A program made the position numbers and the translations under genes. The notes beneath the pieces were generated by a model. That model saw only the letters and a program-made list of their open reading frames with translations, had not been told where the DNA came from and did not search any database. 64,000 nt of DNA. Source: Lama guanicoe. Its lineage: Eukaryota. Below are positions 39,976-53,868 of the stretch, in pieces. The stretch is taken from contig MU053557.1 in the NCBI GenBank assembly GCA_013239625.1, forward strand, positions 4,246,123 through 4,310,122. Direction: 5' to 3'. Position 1 is the first letter of the stretch. Each line of letters begins with the position of its first letter.

Positions 39976-40720
39976 GCATAGGGAAGTATTGGGACGTGGG
40001 ACCTTACGTCTATAAAGGACAACTGGACTTAGGTCAGAAGGACTGAAGGAGCTCCCGGAATTTGGGAGGAGCTGGGACTTGTTCCTTTATAGTAATAAAT
40101 TCTAAAAGCAGAAGTCTTGTTTTCTAGGTTCCATGGACCTCATGAATAGTGAAGAACAGCTTGGTCATTTCTGAGAGTATAGCTTTTCAAGACCTTCCTC
40201 AATCCCAATTAAAGTGCTACCTGCAGAGCATGAGAATGACAGCTGCAGCCTACCCTAGCCAGCGCATTACTGGCATTTCTTTGAATCTTCTGTCACCATT
40301 AATTTAGTAGATGTAAAATGATGACTTAATGTTGCTTTAGCTTCATTTTCTAGATTATTTTAGAAAGTTAACATTCTCTTATGTGTTCCTTTACTATTTG
40401 CTTTCCTTCATGTAAAAAAACATTCCTTTTATCTATTATTATTAAAATTTTGAAAGATCATCACAGATTATTATAGATATTAGGTTGTTGTCTGTCCTAT
40501 TTGATAAAAAAACATTTTCTGCCTTGCTTCTTATTCTTTAATTTTCTACTTATAGATATTTTAATGTTTACTCACATAATTCTATCCATATGTTTTCCTT
40601 TGTGGTTGCTTCTGCTACTTCATAGCCATAGAAAGAAAGCTGTCATTTCTGTATGGGTCTCATAAATATTTTATTTTATGCTTGTCTTCCTATCTTTAAA
40701 AACATTAACTGACTCAAATC

Positions 40721-40913
40721 TAATGGTTCTCAAAGAGGGGTTTGAGAATTACCTGCATCAGATTACCTGTTTTGCTTGTTTGTTTTAATGCCTGACTCCA
40801 ATACCCGTGACAAGCATAATTAATCAAAATTGCTCTAGAAGGATCATAGAAGTGTGTGTTTTTTTAACCACCCTCTAGGTGACTTTTCTGCACCTGGAAG
40901 CTTGAATATCACT
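40721..40913. mobile_element. MER5-like hAT-Charlie MITE
   Basis: tggttctcaaag...cctgcatcagattacctg...ctaggtgacttttctgcac...gcttgaatatcact. Confidence 0.6.
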
Positions 40914-43900
40914 TCTTTAAGCCATACGGAATTTATTTAGCATTTTTATTCACAGGCAAAGGATTAATTCAGAATAATTTAAGCCAAAAGGGAATTTATT
41001 GGGAAGATTGGGGAGCGTTTACAGAATTGAAGTAAAAGCTGATGAGTTTGTCCTGGAGAGGAAATAACCAGGCAGCCCTGGGGATTGTGGCAGGAGAAAC
41101 CATTCCTCAGACATAAAAGGAACATGGCAGTAAGAGGAAGGAGCACATACTGTCCTCTGCCCCCTTCCTCATCCACTGGAATGTAAGCTCCATGGGGGCA
41201 GGGACCTCTGCCTGGCATATAGTAGATACGGAATTTATTTTCCCTCTTTGCTCCATTCACACTTTCTTGAGACAGACTCCAACTGTCCTGACTCGGGTGA
41301 CAGCCACCCCTCGACCAGAAAAAAGGCAAAGAGCCTTGATTTATAGTCCCACACATACTGCACACACGACAGGAGAGGTTATTCTCCCAAAGTTAAAATG
41401 TGTTATTATAGGAAGGAGGAATAGATTCTAGGTGATTTTAAAACAATTTTCCAGTATATCATGGTATAAGGTATGGTACTAAGACAAATTTTTTCCCAAA
41501 TTGTTCTCCAGTTATTCCCAGTATCACTTATTATTCATCAGTCTTTTCAATCTTTCTTAGAGGGAGTAACTTTAAACATAGGACACGTTGTCACACCCAG
41601 CCACATCTTTACTGAGATCTGCATTTTATTCCATAGACTGTAACTCTTGTGTTTGTAACCTCAAATTCACTCCTATTTAAGACATAGGATTTTCCCATCA
41701 CCTTTCAGAACCATAATGTAATTAAACAGGCTGCTCCTTGTGCTGCTTACATGGCTCCATTCTCTGCAGCTATTCTCCTAGTTTTAATGATCTTGTTCTT
41801 TACAATGTAAACATCTTGCAGGTCCCCTCTAGGACTAAACTGTATGTTTGCTTAGCAATGAACTCTACTCTGCTTTTCCTTTAGGTGTGCTCCAGCCAGA
41901 GACTGATCATAAGATAATATACATTTTCTTCTTTGAACTTCTCAATAAAAGTGAGCCCTACCATCTCCATTTGAGTTTATTTCAGGAGATGTAAAGCTGT
42001 GGACAAGCAAACAGAAAGGTCCTCCAGTGTTTCTCTAGTGTTTAAGGGAGCCCCTTCTGCTTAATATCCAACTAATTTTGCCTGACTCCCCCTATCCTTT
42101 ATGTTTTATCATAAAATATCCATATTCACTGGGGGATCTATCTTTCTTATTATTCCTGAGAGTCCTCAGGGAATATTTCCACCTTCTGACAAATCCACCT
42201 TGATCACCATTTACCATCTCTCACTCTGGACCACTGCCCTGAGTCCCTCTGCCAGTCACCTCTCACCGTCTCACGGCTGTTTTGCAGGCTCTCACTACAA
42301 GACTTTCTCAAAGGGCAGAGCCTCAAGGTCATGGCCCCGTCTCAGTACAGCTCACACCAGGAGTGCACAGTCCCTGTCCTAATTCTCCATAGCCCAGCCC
42401 CCGCCAGCTGTGATATCTGATAAAACACTATTGAAATCTCAAGAATAATCCAAGGAAAAGAAACATTTTAAACTGGATGTTAGATAGCCCAGCTCCTAGG
42501 ATCCCTAGGTCTGAGACTGTTTTCCCTCCCTGGTACACAGAGCTGTAGTTCACGGGGTGGCTTGCCTCCACCAAGACAGCTTTGTTTATTTTTCTCTTTT
42601 GCCCCTTGAGTCCAAGCGTTTATTCCCTTCAGCCCCAGAGAAAGGAAGAAGCAAAGCAATCCCCTCCCCTAATCATAGGCTCAATTCATTTCTTCATCAC
42701 AGTGAATCACAATAAGAATATACCTTTTCCCCCATACTGGGATCCAAATAAGACACCTGCAATGACAGAAAGTATAATGCATGTTTATTCAGTCTTAAAA
42801 TTTGGGGAGGGGGGCATTGAACACTTGAACCCACAATGAACTGTACCTCACACAGCTATAGCTCATACGTACATCTCATCCTGAAGGAAAGATCTGACCT
42901 GCCTGCTGTCTGTTGGGAGGTATCTGGTTTTGTGATGATTAGCTAACAACAATATTTAAGCCAACATATTATCCAAGGGGAAAAAAAAGATTTTTCTGGG
43001 ATAGTTCAAATTAAATCTATGTGGAAAAAAAAATAAAATGCCTCTTCTCTGTAAGGACACAGTGTGGTTAAAGATACTCCCAATTTTCGTCATGACAGAG
43101 TACTTTTTATCCCAGCCTGAAGTCTTTGGCAGGGTTTGAGTGATTTCATGGGTTCAGAGCTTCCCTGCGTACAATGAAGAGTGGGCGTTTGTCTTACATG
43201 TATATGATTAAGTATCTCACTAAAGAACTGAGGCTAAGAATGTGGCCCAAGAAGGAAGAACAAGCCTTAAATTCCCCCAGTGAAGCATTACAAGTGATAC
43301 AAAGAGGAGTTTGGTGAGCAACAGGCTGAAAGGTCATGCTGGCAAACGGTACTTTCAGCAGCAAGACCCAGTCTAAGAAACAAATGGAACCCTGCTGCCA
43401 GCAAAGGCAGGTTTCCATCATCTTTGTTGTAAAGGGGCTTATCCTTGGGCCACAGAAGACTCAGTTGGAAGTAATGATGCAGAATGCCATAGGGAGCTGC
43501 TGACAACTAGGGCTGAAGGGGGACTTCGATTTATTTTCTTGCTGGCATTGGCTGTCTTGAGGCTGCAATCCTGGAAAGATCTTCAGATCTTGCTCTGCTG
43601 GAAAGATCTTCAGAAGGCCCCCGAGCTCTGGAGGTTTGGGGCTCCATTCAGGTTGTCACCATTTACAAACTGGATGACTCTAACTCTGACCAAGTCATTT
43701 CACCTCTCTGTACACTAGCTGGAAAACAGCTCATTTGACTGGGGATCGAGGTGTGGTTTTAATAGTTTGCAAACACAGACGAATAGGGGAGACTGGCAGA
43801 AGTGAGCTCATAAATGGGGATGGAATAGATGCCCAGAGACAGAAACATGGGATACATCTTACTTGCTCCTCACAGTTTTTCCTTTTCACACTTTTTGCAA

Positions 43901-44359
43901 AAGGCTAAATGAACGCCACTATAATTCAGACAATAGCAACTACTCACTGTATTATGGAACTACTTCAAGTTGTGTCCTACCCTCTCGGGGTCTAAAAACT
44001 GCAACGCCTTATATTACTAAGTTGTTTTTGAACTTGGTGACAATTTTTAATGGTTGGGCGACCTCTGCTGTTATATTAGTCATGTCATAGAATGTGGAAC
44101 TAACAGGACTTTAAAATTCATGTAGTCTGTCCCCATTTCATAATTCAGTCCTTCCAAAATGGTACCTGGCTATTGCTTCAACACCCAACTTCCATGTAAA
44201 GAGAGCAGAGTTAAACAGGATCATGGAAACTTCTTCCCACATTTGATAAAATGGTTATCTTTTAAAGGCATTTAATTCAACAGCAGCAACCAGAGAGGAA
44301 AGGAGAAGTACTTGGACCACAATCACTTAGGTTTGGCAGCTGTGAAAAGACGGAGATTC

Positions 44360-45500
44360 TGACATGACTGAGGGCAGCTCCTCAGAGCACACCCATCTCC
44401 CCAAAACAGTTAGACAATACAATACTGGGGGTTCAAATGATGTTCTCTAGTTGAAAAAATGAACAGAAAGCTGCATCCAGTTCTTAAACCATACTGTGAA
44501 GGAAGGAAGACAAACTGGTCCCAGGTAAAGTGCAAGGGTGCTCAGGAGTATAACATCTAACTACATATATCAGAGAAACTATAAACAAAGCTGCTCCTTG
44601 TTAGATGTGAACAAAATTAAAAGAGGTAGTAGAGAAATTATGCAAACCTATTGCAACAAAAATGTCAGGTAAGACAGAGACAAAACAAACAAATTATTTA
44701 TATATATACATATATTTTACCCTCAAAAAGAAAATAAATCCCAAAGGAGGAATGTTCATCCCCTTTAAAGGTTCATTATAGAGAACAACTCATAAAGATA
44801 TGTATTCAAAACACAAGATCTCAAAGAAAAATCATAAAACAATTAACTAAAGTGAAAGAAGAGATTGTAGAGTTAAGAAAAAACTTGAGAAACAAAACAA
44901 CGTTGTTACAGACCTAATAAGCTACAAACAGCAAAGGAGAGAAAAGTGGGGCTGAAAATATCATGGAGAGGCGGCTGGGATCAATCACAGAAAGCACAGA
45001 GTGAAAAAACAATGTGATTAAAGTAACGATGAAAGAGAAAGAGAGGAAAAGTCTCCCAGTATGAGGATAATGAATTCAAAGATACAACTTGGGAAGTACT
45101 TCCTGAAAGGAAGGACGGCATTCATAGGTAAGAAGGGCATAGCCTTGGTCAAGAAGGTTTGTTACAGAATGATCAATATGGAGATATTTTCTGGTTAAAC
45201 TATTAAAGGTTAAGGTTAAAGAAAAAAAAATCCTTTAGACATTCAGGGTGACAAAGTCAGCCACATGAAGGGAAGAAGTCGGGTGGGTTTCAAGCCTCCT
45301 CCATTTCAACTCCAATGCCCAGAGACAATGGAGCAATGACCACAAACTTCTGAGAGAAACAGTGTGACCCAAGAATATTAGATCAAGTCTGGGTGTTGCC
45401 AAGTATGGAAATAAAAGACATTATTTTCTTACATGAAGGAGTTCAAGAAATGTAATATCCATGAACTCATTTTAAAACAAAAACAAAACTATTTGACAAA
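44360..45500 (+). mobile_element. HAL1 (half-L1, HAL1b-like) ORF1-derived remnant
   Basis: aatgcccagagacaatggagcaatgaccacaaacttctgagagaaacagtgtgacccaagaatatta (ARRQWSN..K.LRE..C.PRIL ORF1 C-terminal motif). Confidence 0.6.
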
Positions 45501-45501
45501 T

Positions 45502-46410
45502 CAGTTGACCCTTGAACAATACAGGTTTGAACCATGGGGTTCACTTACACATGGATTTTTTCCAATAAATAGATTGGAAAAATATTTCTGAGATTTGCAG
45601 CAGTTTGAAAAAAAAACTCACAGACAAACCATGTAGTCCAGAAATATAAAAAAAAATTAAGAAAAGGTTAGATATGTCATGAATACATAAAATATATTTA
45701 GATACTAGTTTATCCTTACATAGGCATAAGGCATAAAATAAAATTGATAATGTGTTACTGTTATTGATAATTTCTTACTGTTCCATAACTTTGCTTTCAA
45801 AGAATAACATTACTGTACAGTTTGCCCCTCTCTTGTAGTTAGAGAAACTACAAATCAGCCTATCATCCCAGGTAAGTAGTTTTATATTTTTTTAAAAGTA
45901 ACAATGTTTTCAATATTGTATTATAAATAAGACTCAAATACTGTATGCCAAAAAAATTTTATAACCATTCATTAGTGTATAAGCTAGGTTACCATTAAAC
46001 AATTATATTGTTGCTTTTTTATGATCAATGCATGACTTGTTATACCTGTAAATAAATATGAATTTCTTATTCACATTATCTTTTCATTTTTGATGCCTAG
46101 TGTTAGTCATACACATAACATACACAGTGTTCTTTATCAATAAGACAATGTTACTGTAAGTACTGACAGACAATTCTTGTAAACAGATGAAATCTTATAG
46201 TACCAGTAAACACAGTCCTGTACTGTAGTGTATTTTCTCTTTCTTACAAGTTTTAAATAAAATTTTCTTTTTGCTAGCTTACTTTAAGAATATAGTATAC
46301 AAAGTATATAATATATATACAAAATATGTGTTAATCATCTGTTTATGTTATCTGTAAGGCTTCTGGTCAACAATAGTCTAGTAGTAGCAGAGTTTTGGGG
46401 GAATCGAAAG
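45502..46410. mobile_element. Tigger2-family non-autonomous DNA transposon, right TIR missing
   Basis: left TIR cagttgacccttgaacaa..ggtttgaac; right sub-terminal ggcttctggtcaac...agttttgggggaatcgaaag, then truncated. Confidence 0.85.
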
Positions 46411-47149
46411 ATAAACACCAAGATAAGGACTATGGACTAAGATAAACACCAAGCTTACTTAATTTCACAACTAAAGCTAATCACATGTTGGACATGAAGG
46501 AAGCATAAAAGAATATACATATCATAAGCCTTAACAAAGTGAAAATATTATATGCAAAATCTGAAATACTGAGGTGGAAGGAAGAGTAATATGTAACTTA
46601 AAAAATGAGTGTGTCTTTCAAATTGCTTTAACAATTTGTTTTGACTGAAGAGGGATCTTTATTGAGGACATTTTTATCCAAACTGCAAATCTATACACAT
46701 GTGCATGTCTAAAATAATGTTCATTAAATGCTAATGCTTATCACTTCTGAGCGGTAAGATCTAGAGTAATCTTCTGCTTTTTTATGTTTGTGTAGTGCTT
46801 GAGTTTTTCTGTAATGAGCATGTACAATTTAAAAAAAACAGTAAAGTGATTAATTACTCTTACAAATAAAAGGGCCAGTTTCATTCCATTTCCAGCTGAG
46901 AAAGTTGAACCTCCTAGTTGGGGACTTCCCCACTCGATCCTTCTCTTCACTTCAAATGTTGATATGTCTGTTTTGGAAATGTGATTGGAGAATATCATAC
47001 TCAAGAGTCAGGAGGTTCCTTTCTTTACTTCCTAGAAGAGCTGCCTTCAAACGAGGGTTAAAGAGTTCTTAGAACAGCAGAGGGCACCCTCCTCCACATT
47101 TATAGGAAAGTAATGCACGTCCCAGCTTTGTGTCTGTACCTGCCCAGCC

Positions 47150-47832
47150 CTGCCACTTAGAAGTGCTGTGAACAGCAGTCACTGAATACCTCCAGGACTC
47201 AGTTCCTCCACCTCCCACTCCTGCCCACCACCAAGCCATCCTCCACACTGCAAAGCAGATCATGCCACTGTCCTGCCGGCAACCCTTCCGTGACTTCTCG
47301 CTGTACTCAGAATCCATCCCAAACTCCTGAACTAAGGCTGGCAGACCCCTGCCTCACCTCACTCCTGCCATCTCACTGCACCACACATCATGCCCTCTGC
47401 TCCAGCACACTGGCACTTTGTCAACACCTGGAATATATTCAGCTATGTCCCACCTCTGAGCCTTTACACTTGCTGTTTCCTCTGCTGAGTTCTTACCTCT
47501 TCTGAGCTCATTTGCATTAAGGAATTCTTCCCAGTGTTTAAACCTGCTTAACTGTCACCTCCTCAGAGAGGCCCTCCCTGACAACCCTATCAAAATTCCC
47601 ACCCACTTTATTTTCTGTCACAGCCCTGTGTGCATCGTCTTACTTATACTTATTACCGTCTGTAATTGTAATTGTACTTGCTTAATTGTTTGTTGCCTGA
47701 ATCCCACTAGAGCCTAATTTCCACCAGATCAGGGACTTACCTGTCTTCTTCATCATTATATGTTTAGCAAGTAGCTGGCGCTCGGCAATTAGTAAGTCCC
47801 CAGTAAGTATTTGGTGAATTAATGAATGAATG
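47150..47832 (+). mobile_element. LINE-2 (L2a-like) 3' end
   Basis: tgctccagcacactggc...gcctttacacttgctgtttcctctgc...gtcacctcctcagagaggccctccctgac...tgaattaatgaatgaatg. Confidence 0.9.
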
Positions 47833-48289
47833 GATTTATAAAATATCTATACTGGCTGCTTCCTTAGGGCTATTATAAAAAGAAATAGTGTGAAAGCTCT
47901 TGTGATTGGCTGAATTGTGTCCCCCCAAATTCATATGTTGAATATGTATTTTGTAGTGCACACATATGCATTTCCTTCTTACTAGAGTAGTGGAAATGCT
48001 GCAAAAGAAACACCCCTAACTCAACTGTTTTTATTCCACTTCTCAGTAAATGCACATTCTACCAACACTGCCTACCTCCACCTTACAAGGAAGGAAGGAA
48101 TGAAAGGATAGGAATTATAGGAAAGGAAGATACTTTCTTCCTATGTCATAATTTTCAGCCTATGTGCTGTCTAATACACAGAAGTAACATGAATAAAAAA
48201 GGATATGATGGGAATATTTGGTCATTCATGTTTCTTAGAATGCCATTGTCTTTCTATTTTCAAAGCAAGTTCTGACTTGAACAGAAGCA

Positions 48290-48627
48290 CGGCCTCTCAG
48301 TGGTACATGTAACACACTTGCCAGGTACTCACTTTGAGTCTCGCCGAAACTCCATGCATCCTGGGTGCAGCTGCATTCTGTGCTCATGGGACATTGTGAA
48401 TGCTGTATGCAAATGGGTCTGTGAGGAACGGAGTGGACACATATGTGTATCTCCTCTGCTCACATGCATGCTCCATTGTCCTACTGGACTTTACCTGTAA
48501 AACACAAGTTCAAAGACAAAATTATTAAGAATTTCAGGATGGCCACAACACAGCAATAAACTAAACACAGGAGCGTGAGTCCCTGTGCAGACAACTACGC
48601 AGATCCCAAATCCATGAAGCTGGCCTT
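48290..48627 (-). mobile_element. hAT-Tip100 Zaphod-like terminal fragment
   Basis: tctcctctgctcacatgcatgctccattgtcc...aaaacacaagttcaaagacaaaattattaagaatttca...ccatgaagctggcc. Confidence 0.7.
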
Positions 48628-49764
48628 AGAAAAGACGAAAGTGATTAAGCGGGCCCCAGAGTGACTGCAAACAAATTGTCAAATAATAAGCATCCTTCAG
48701 AGGTCCCTACGGCCTTATAAAGAGTGCCCAAGTGAAGCACCCAGCCCTTAAGAGTAGAGACAGGAAATAACGACCATGTGCTACTAATTTTCACACGGTC
48801 TGTGGTATCTCAGGTCCAGTGGGCCATGTGAGACTGAGAACCTATAAAACACAAAGCCATCCTTCTAGGGAAATTGTTTCTGAGTTCTCAAAAACCAACT
48901 TGCAAATCTTCTTTGGGAACCCACCCCATTTCTAAGGTAAAAAATACCTACTCTGTCACTAATGGGAGAACACCTGGCTCTTTAACAAGGCAGAGCCCAG
49001 TTGGGGGTTCTGCTGAGACCATGAAGAGGTGGTTGGAAGCTAACAAGTGCCATAGAATCTGTGAGCTGGAAGCCTGGAGACCCAGGTAGGGTGATCAGTT
49101 CTGATAGGAAGTGCATGACCTTAGTTAACTCACTTTGAAACACGAAGCCTCGTTTCTCTCTTCTGCGAAACAGGGGAGTTGGATTTGATAATCCCCGAGG
49201 GCCATACTGAGCTAAAAATAACCAGAACCAGCAAAACTTTGTGCAGCTGGAGAAGGCAGAGAAGAAAGAGTTGACAAAGTCATGTGGAAAACCTTGACAG
49301 TGAATAATGAACAGGAGACACTTTTAGAAACCACTGTGGCTAGGATCGGCTCTTCGCAGGTCTTGAAAGTTCCTTGGCAGCTTACGGCCTGGTTTCTTCC
49401 AGCCAAGGTAGTGTCGGTTGGAGCAGCAGTCAGCAGCAGCATTTGCAGCCAGCTTGCTTTCCTGCCTGCCCGCCTGGGGAAGCGCCTTTCTTCTTGTTAC
49501 TCTCTAGTACAACTTTGGCCAATTTGTGATCCTGGGCCAGAGGAAGATCCTGAAGAACCTGTGATCTCTCTAACTTTTTTTTTTTAAATCACTGCTATTT
49601 TTCTTATTAACCCATTCCTAGCCTCTGACCACTTTCAGTCTCTAGGAACATTGGTGGAAACAAAGCTGTCAGGTGATAGTAGGTTTTGGAAGAAAGAAAG
49701 ATGGACTGAGTACCTGAGCCCTAGCTCTGATGCTGGCAAGCTGGGGTACCTTGTGGATATTATT

Positions 49765-50323
49765 TTTTCCCCTCTCCAGCATCTTTTCTTAGGTGACAGC
49801 ACCCTGTTTTTCACGTGTGGATACACCCCTCTTCTACTACGAAATCCTAACATTTAGGTGGGACTGACTGTCCCCTAGCTCTTGAGTAAGCTCTTACTGC
49901 ATCAGTGCACTTGGCACACCCTATCTCTCTGCCCACAGTGACAGATCAGGGCTAAGGAGAGGATCTGATTAGGGCCAGTGAGAAAACTTGAGATCTGTAA
50001 TAGCGTGCTTCTAGAAGAGAAAAGTTAGGTATCTGTTCACTAGATTTAAAGGTCTGAGCATGTGAGGCTTTGAGTTGCTAAAGCCATTTTGCTGTTATGA
50101 ATCTGAGCCAGTCTGAGTAAAGCCAACAAATGTATGAAGCAAAGCAGAACTAATAGAAAAGAACAGACACTGTGACTCAATGACATTTCCTGAGCCTCTG
50201 GATCAAACTGTGCCTGAAGCCAAATAGCACCCCCAGATCTGAACCAATAAATCTCTGTGTTTCCTTAAGCTGCTTTTAACTGAGATTTTGGTCACTTGCA
50301 AGAATAATAACACTAACTACAAC
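49765..50323 (+). mobile_element. MLT1K-like LTR splitting a MIR
   Basis: tgagcctctggatcaaactgtgcctgaagcc...ccaataaat...ggtcacttgcaag...ctaactacaaca; MIR halves at about 49700-49760 and 50324-50365. Confidence 0.75.
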
Positions 50324-50544
50324 ACTTTACCTCTCTGGACCTCAATTTCCTCTGCAGCAAAACAGCTACTTTGTGGACAGTAATGGACCAGCATCACAGT
50401 ATCATCTTTTCCAGGCGTGGCCATAATTCCAAGTGGCAGCAAAGACAGTTTTCCCAAATGCGAACAACTGGTTTCTTCACCCAGTAGACATCAGATTTCA
50501 AAGCCTTGTGTACATGTTACATAGCAGCCTTTAACAGATCAGAT

Positions 50545-51130
50545 TGCTCCCCTATAGTATGATCCTGTATCTCTAGCCAGGGTCTTTTTTCTGAACCTCA
50601 GATGCCATATCCAACTGAATACTGGATACCCCCACCTAGATTTCTTACAGTCATCTTGACCTGGCAAGTCCCAAACTGAACAGGGATCCTCCAACCCTCC
50701 CCAGCTGCACCCTGTGTTCCCACTCAAAATTAATGGCACCACCACTCACCCAGTTACCCAAACTTGAAACCTATAACCTGAATGTTCCTCCCTTTCCATT
50801 TTCCATCTTCCTTCACAATCCATTCCATCTGTAAGCCTCATGAAGTCTGCCTTCCAAATAGCTCTCATATTTTCACATTTCTCTCTAACACTCCTGCTCT
50901 CCTATACTGGGGTCCACCACTATCTTGGCCAACCCCTGAAAAATATTTCTAATTGGCATGAAGATGGCTCTCTCCTTCTGGGTTCTGTTTTCAGTTCCTT
51001 CTTCTCATCCCTTTGTGCCAGAAGCAGTAAGAGCCCTGGGGCTACTCCCCCTGTGTGGCCACACGATCCTTTGTGGTTCCCCTTGGTAGGTAAACCTTCC
51101 CTAGATTGTTTTAATGCGAGTTTCCCATCT
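50545..51130 (+). mobile_element. LINE-2 fragment
   Basis: gtcccaaactgaac...cctgtgttcccactcaaaattaatggcaccaccactcacccagttacccaa. Confidence 0.7.
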
Positions 51131-53868
51131 GCTTCCCATTGGGATCCTAACCCTTCAACACCTTCCCCGGAGCACCTCACTGCCAACAAGGATGACCCCT
51201 CTGGTGATTCTTCTTTCCTCTGCTCCTCCTCTAGACTTCTGACTAAGTAGCCTGGAGAGAAGGCTGGAGGAAGCTGAGAGGCTCATGGTGCCAAGGCAAG
51301 TTTTGACTTTTAGGAAGCCCTGAGGATTTGTGGGAGAGGAGTGTCCCGGCCCCAACTGTTGAAAACTCTTTTTAGAATGAGGGACAACTCCTCTTTGTTC
51401 ATTGTTCGAGTCCTGATTATCAGTGCTGGAGCAATAGGAAAAATTGGGCTGACCATCCTCTTACAGCCTCTGCTGCAGGACTTAAGTCTCCAAACACACA
51501 CAGGCTTTGTCACCACAGATCTTTCTATTGCTAGTTGATATCTTCTTTGTGTTAAGTATCTTTACCAAAGCTTTGCCTTGAATGCTTATGGGTGGACAGT
51601 ACTCAGGTAGCAGAGGTTGCTCCTACCTGGAGGCAAGACAGATGAGGGAAGCAAAACAAATGCAGTCAGTGTGACCCAGTTGGTAATGAGCTTTTTGCAT
51701 CTGAGACTGTCATGCTTGTGTAGCATGTTACAGTTTAACAAGAGATTTCATCCCACAGGGGCTGGCATATGGCTGAGTAATCAATAAATGTTTTGTAAAT
51801 GACCGAATGAATCTGTGGAGTCACTGTCCTCTTAAAATAACCGTGTGAAGCAGGCATAACAGGGACCACCCTTCTTACTCTACAGAAAAGGAAACTTGGG
51901 CCCAAGATGGAAGATTAAGTTTCTTGAGACCACACAGCCCGCAACTACAGCGGCTCAAGTCAGTGTGTCGGGCACCTAAACTAGTTCATTCTGAGAGGAG
52001 ACTGTTCCACTGTCGGAAAGGGAAAGGGCTGGTGGATGGGGTGGGGAGTTGGATCACATCCCACCTTGACAGGCACCACTATAGCACAGCTGGGAGCTGC
52101 CACAGGGACCGGATAAGTAGGTAGAAGTTCAGGCTGCTAACTGGCTGGGAATTGAGCAAAAGGAAAAAGAAAAAGACCTTCCAGTGCCAAGACTCCAGGG
52201 AAATGTTTGTTGACTTTTTGCTTCATACTGACTACTTCCAACTAGGCTTTGAAGCTAACTTTTCGATATAAGGGCTCCCTGGGGTGGGTAAGGAGCTCAG
52301 GACCTTGTTGCTGTGGTTCTCCAGGCAACCACAAACCCACAGCAGCTCCAGGAAAATGCCTGAATTACATGGAAAATGACGAGGAACTACAGAGAAAACA
52401 GAGAGAACTTGCGGGAAAGTGGAAACAGAAAAACAAGAATTCAAAGGGCAAAACAAGAGCAGCGCCAGGGGCAGGACAACAGCATCAGCGCTGTGCCGTC
52501 AGGATGCCCAGGGTGCCTCCCCCGGAGCCCTTCACCACAACACTGCCCCGTGTAAAACTGAACTAAGAGAGGTCCAAAGGAACCAGCTGTCCTAGCTCTC
52601 AGCCAGACCTCTTAAAATGGATTTGCTGGTGGAGTGATCTGAAAACGTAGATGTGAGCATTCATTCCCCTGCTCGTGGGCTCCCCTTACTCCCCACCACC
52701 TGCAAAATGAGGTCTGCTTCTCCACAGAGCCCACAGGCACTGCTGAATTTCTCTCTCTACCTCCATCCGTTTTCTTGAATCTGGTCATTTGTGCAGGTTT
52801 CTCCCGCACTGGCTAACTACTGTTGATCCTGAGGGTTGAAGGTCAACGTTACTTTCTCCAGAGATGCCCTCTGACCCCATTTCCACCCCCATATTAGGTC
52901 CAGCATTCTTTTTCCATGTTTCCATGGCATTGTGGACCTTTCATGATGGTCACACAGTCAGCTCTGCAAAGAGTGTGGGTGTTGCATCCTCAGATACATC
53001 TCCCACACAAAGCAGAGGTCCTGGCTCTTAGGAAGTGTCCATTAAGTATTTGCTGAACAAACAAGAAGGAGAAATACTCAACATCTCTATAAAAATCCTC
53101 GATCTTACCAAGTAAGGTGGGAAAGGGAAATAACCTAGTGGGGGTGGAGGCATGTGAGCAAAGAGGTTTTCCTTTAGGACAGAAACCCAGAGAAATAAAT
53201 GGCCCTGAATCCAGGGATCATCAAGGAGCATATTACCCCCTTAACAACTGTGCAGTTATAATCCTCTACTGGGAATAGGGGCCTTCTTGGAAGGACTGGA
53301 GACATTTGGAAAAGTCCTTCCTTAAAAAGAAAAGCAGAGAACCAAAATCCACCCAAGTGTCTGGATACGTCTGAAAAGAGATCACACGCAAATGAGCAAG
53401 TGGACAGGAGAGCTGATGTGGGGCTGGCAGAGTCACCCCGACTAGAAGGACAAGCTGCTCCTCAGTCCCAGCCAGTTGTTGAAACGCAAGAATGCAGGGC
53501 ACTATTGCCAGATCTTATGATTTTCCAGACAAGCCAGAGGTCCCTGTAGTGTGTGTGTGTGTTTAAGCCTCCCAAACTTGTTTATATTTTTTATAGTTAC
53601 CGATTAAGCCAAAAAAACAACTTGCATGAGCCCAGTGATGCCAGTGTTTGACCTTTGTCCCAACAAACCTGGCCTCCCATGGGTCTGTTTATCTAAACCT
53701 GTAGAAACCAGAGCTCCAAACAACATGATTCACCCAGAGAAAGTGATCAATATATGAATAACTCAATGCGGACAGAGATCTGTCTGTGTCAATTATTGAC
53801 ACATCGTAGGCGGTCAGTAAATAGCTGCTGAATAGGAAAAAGAAAAAAAAAAGGAATAAATGCATGCC

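Noticed and set aside
47901..47942. Isolated 42-bp MLT1 LTR start
   Set aside because: Ordinary deletion remnant with no further structure.
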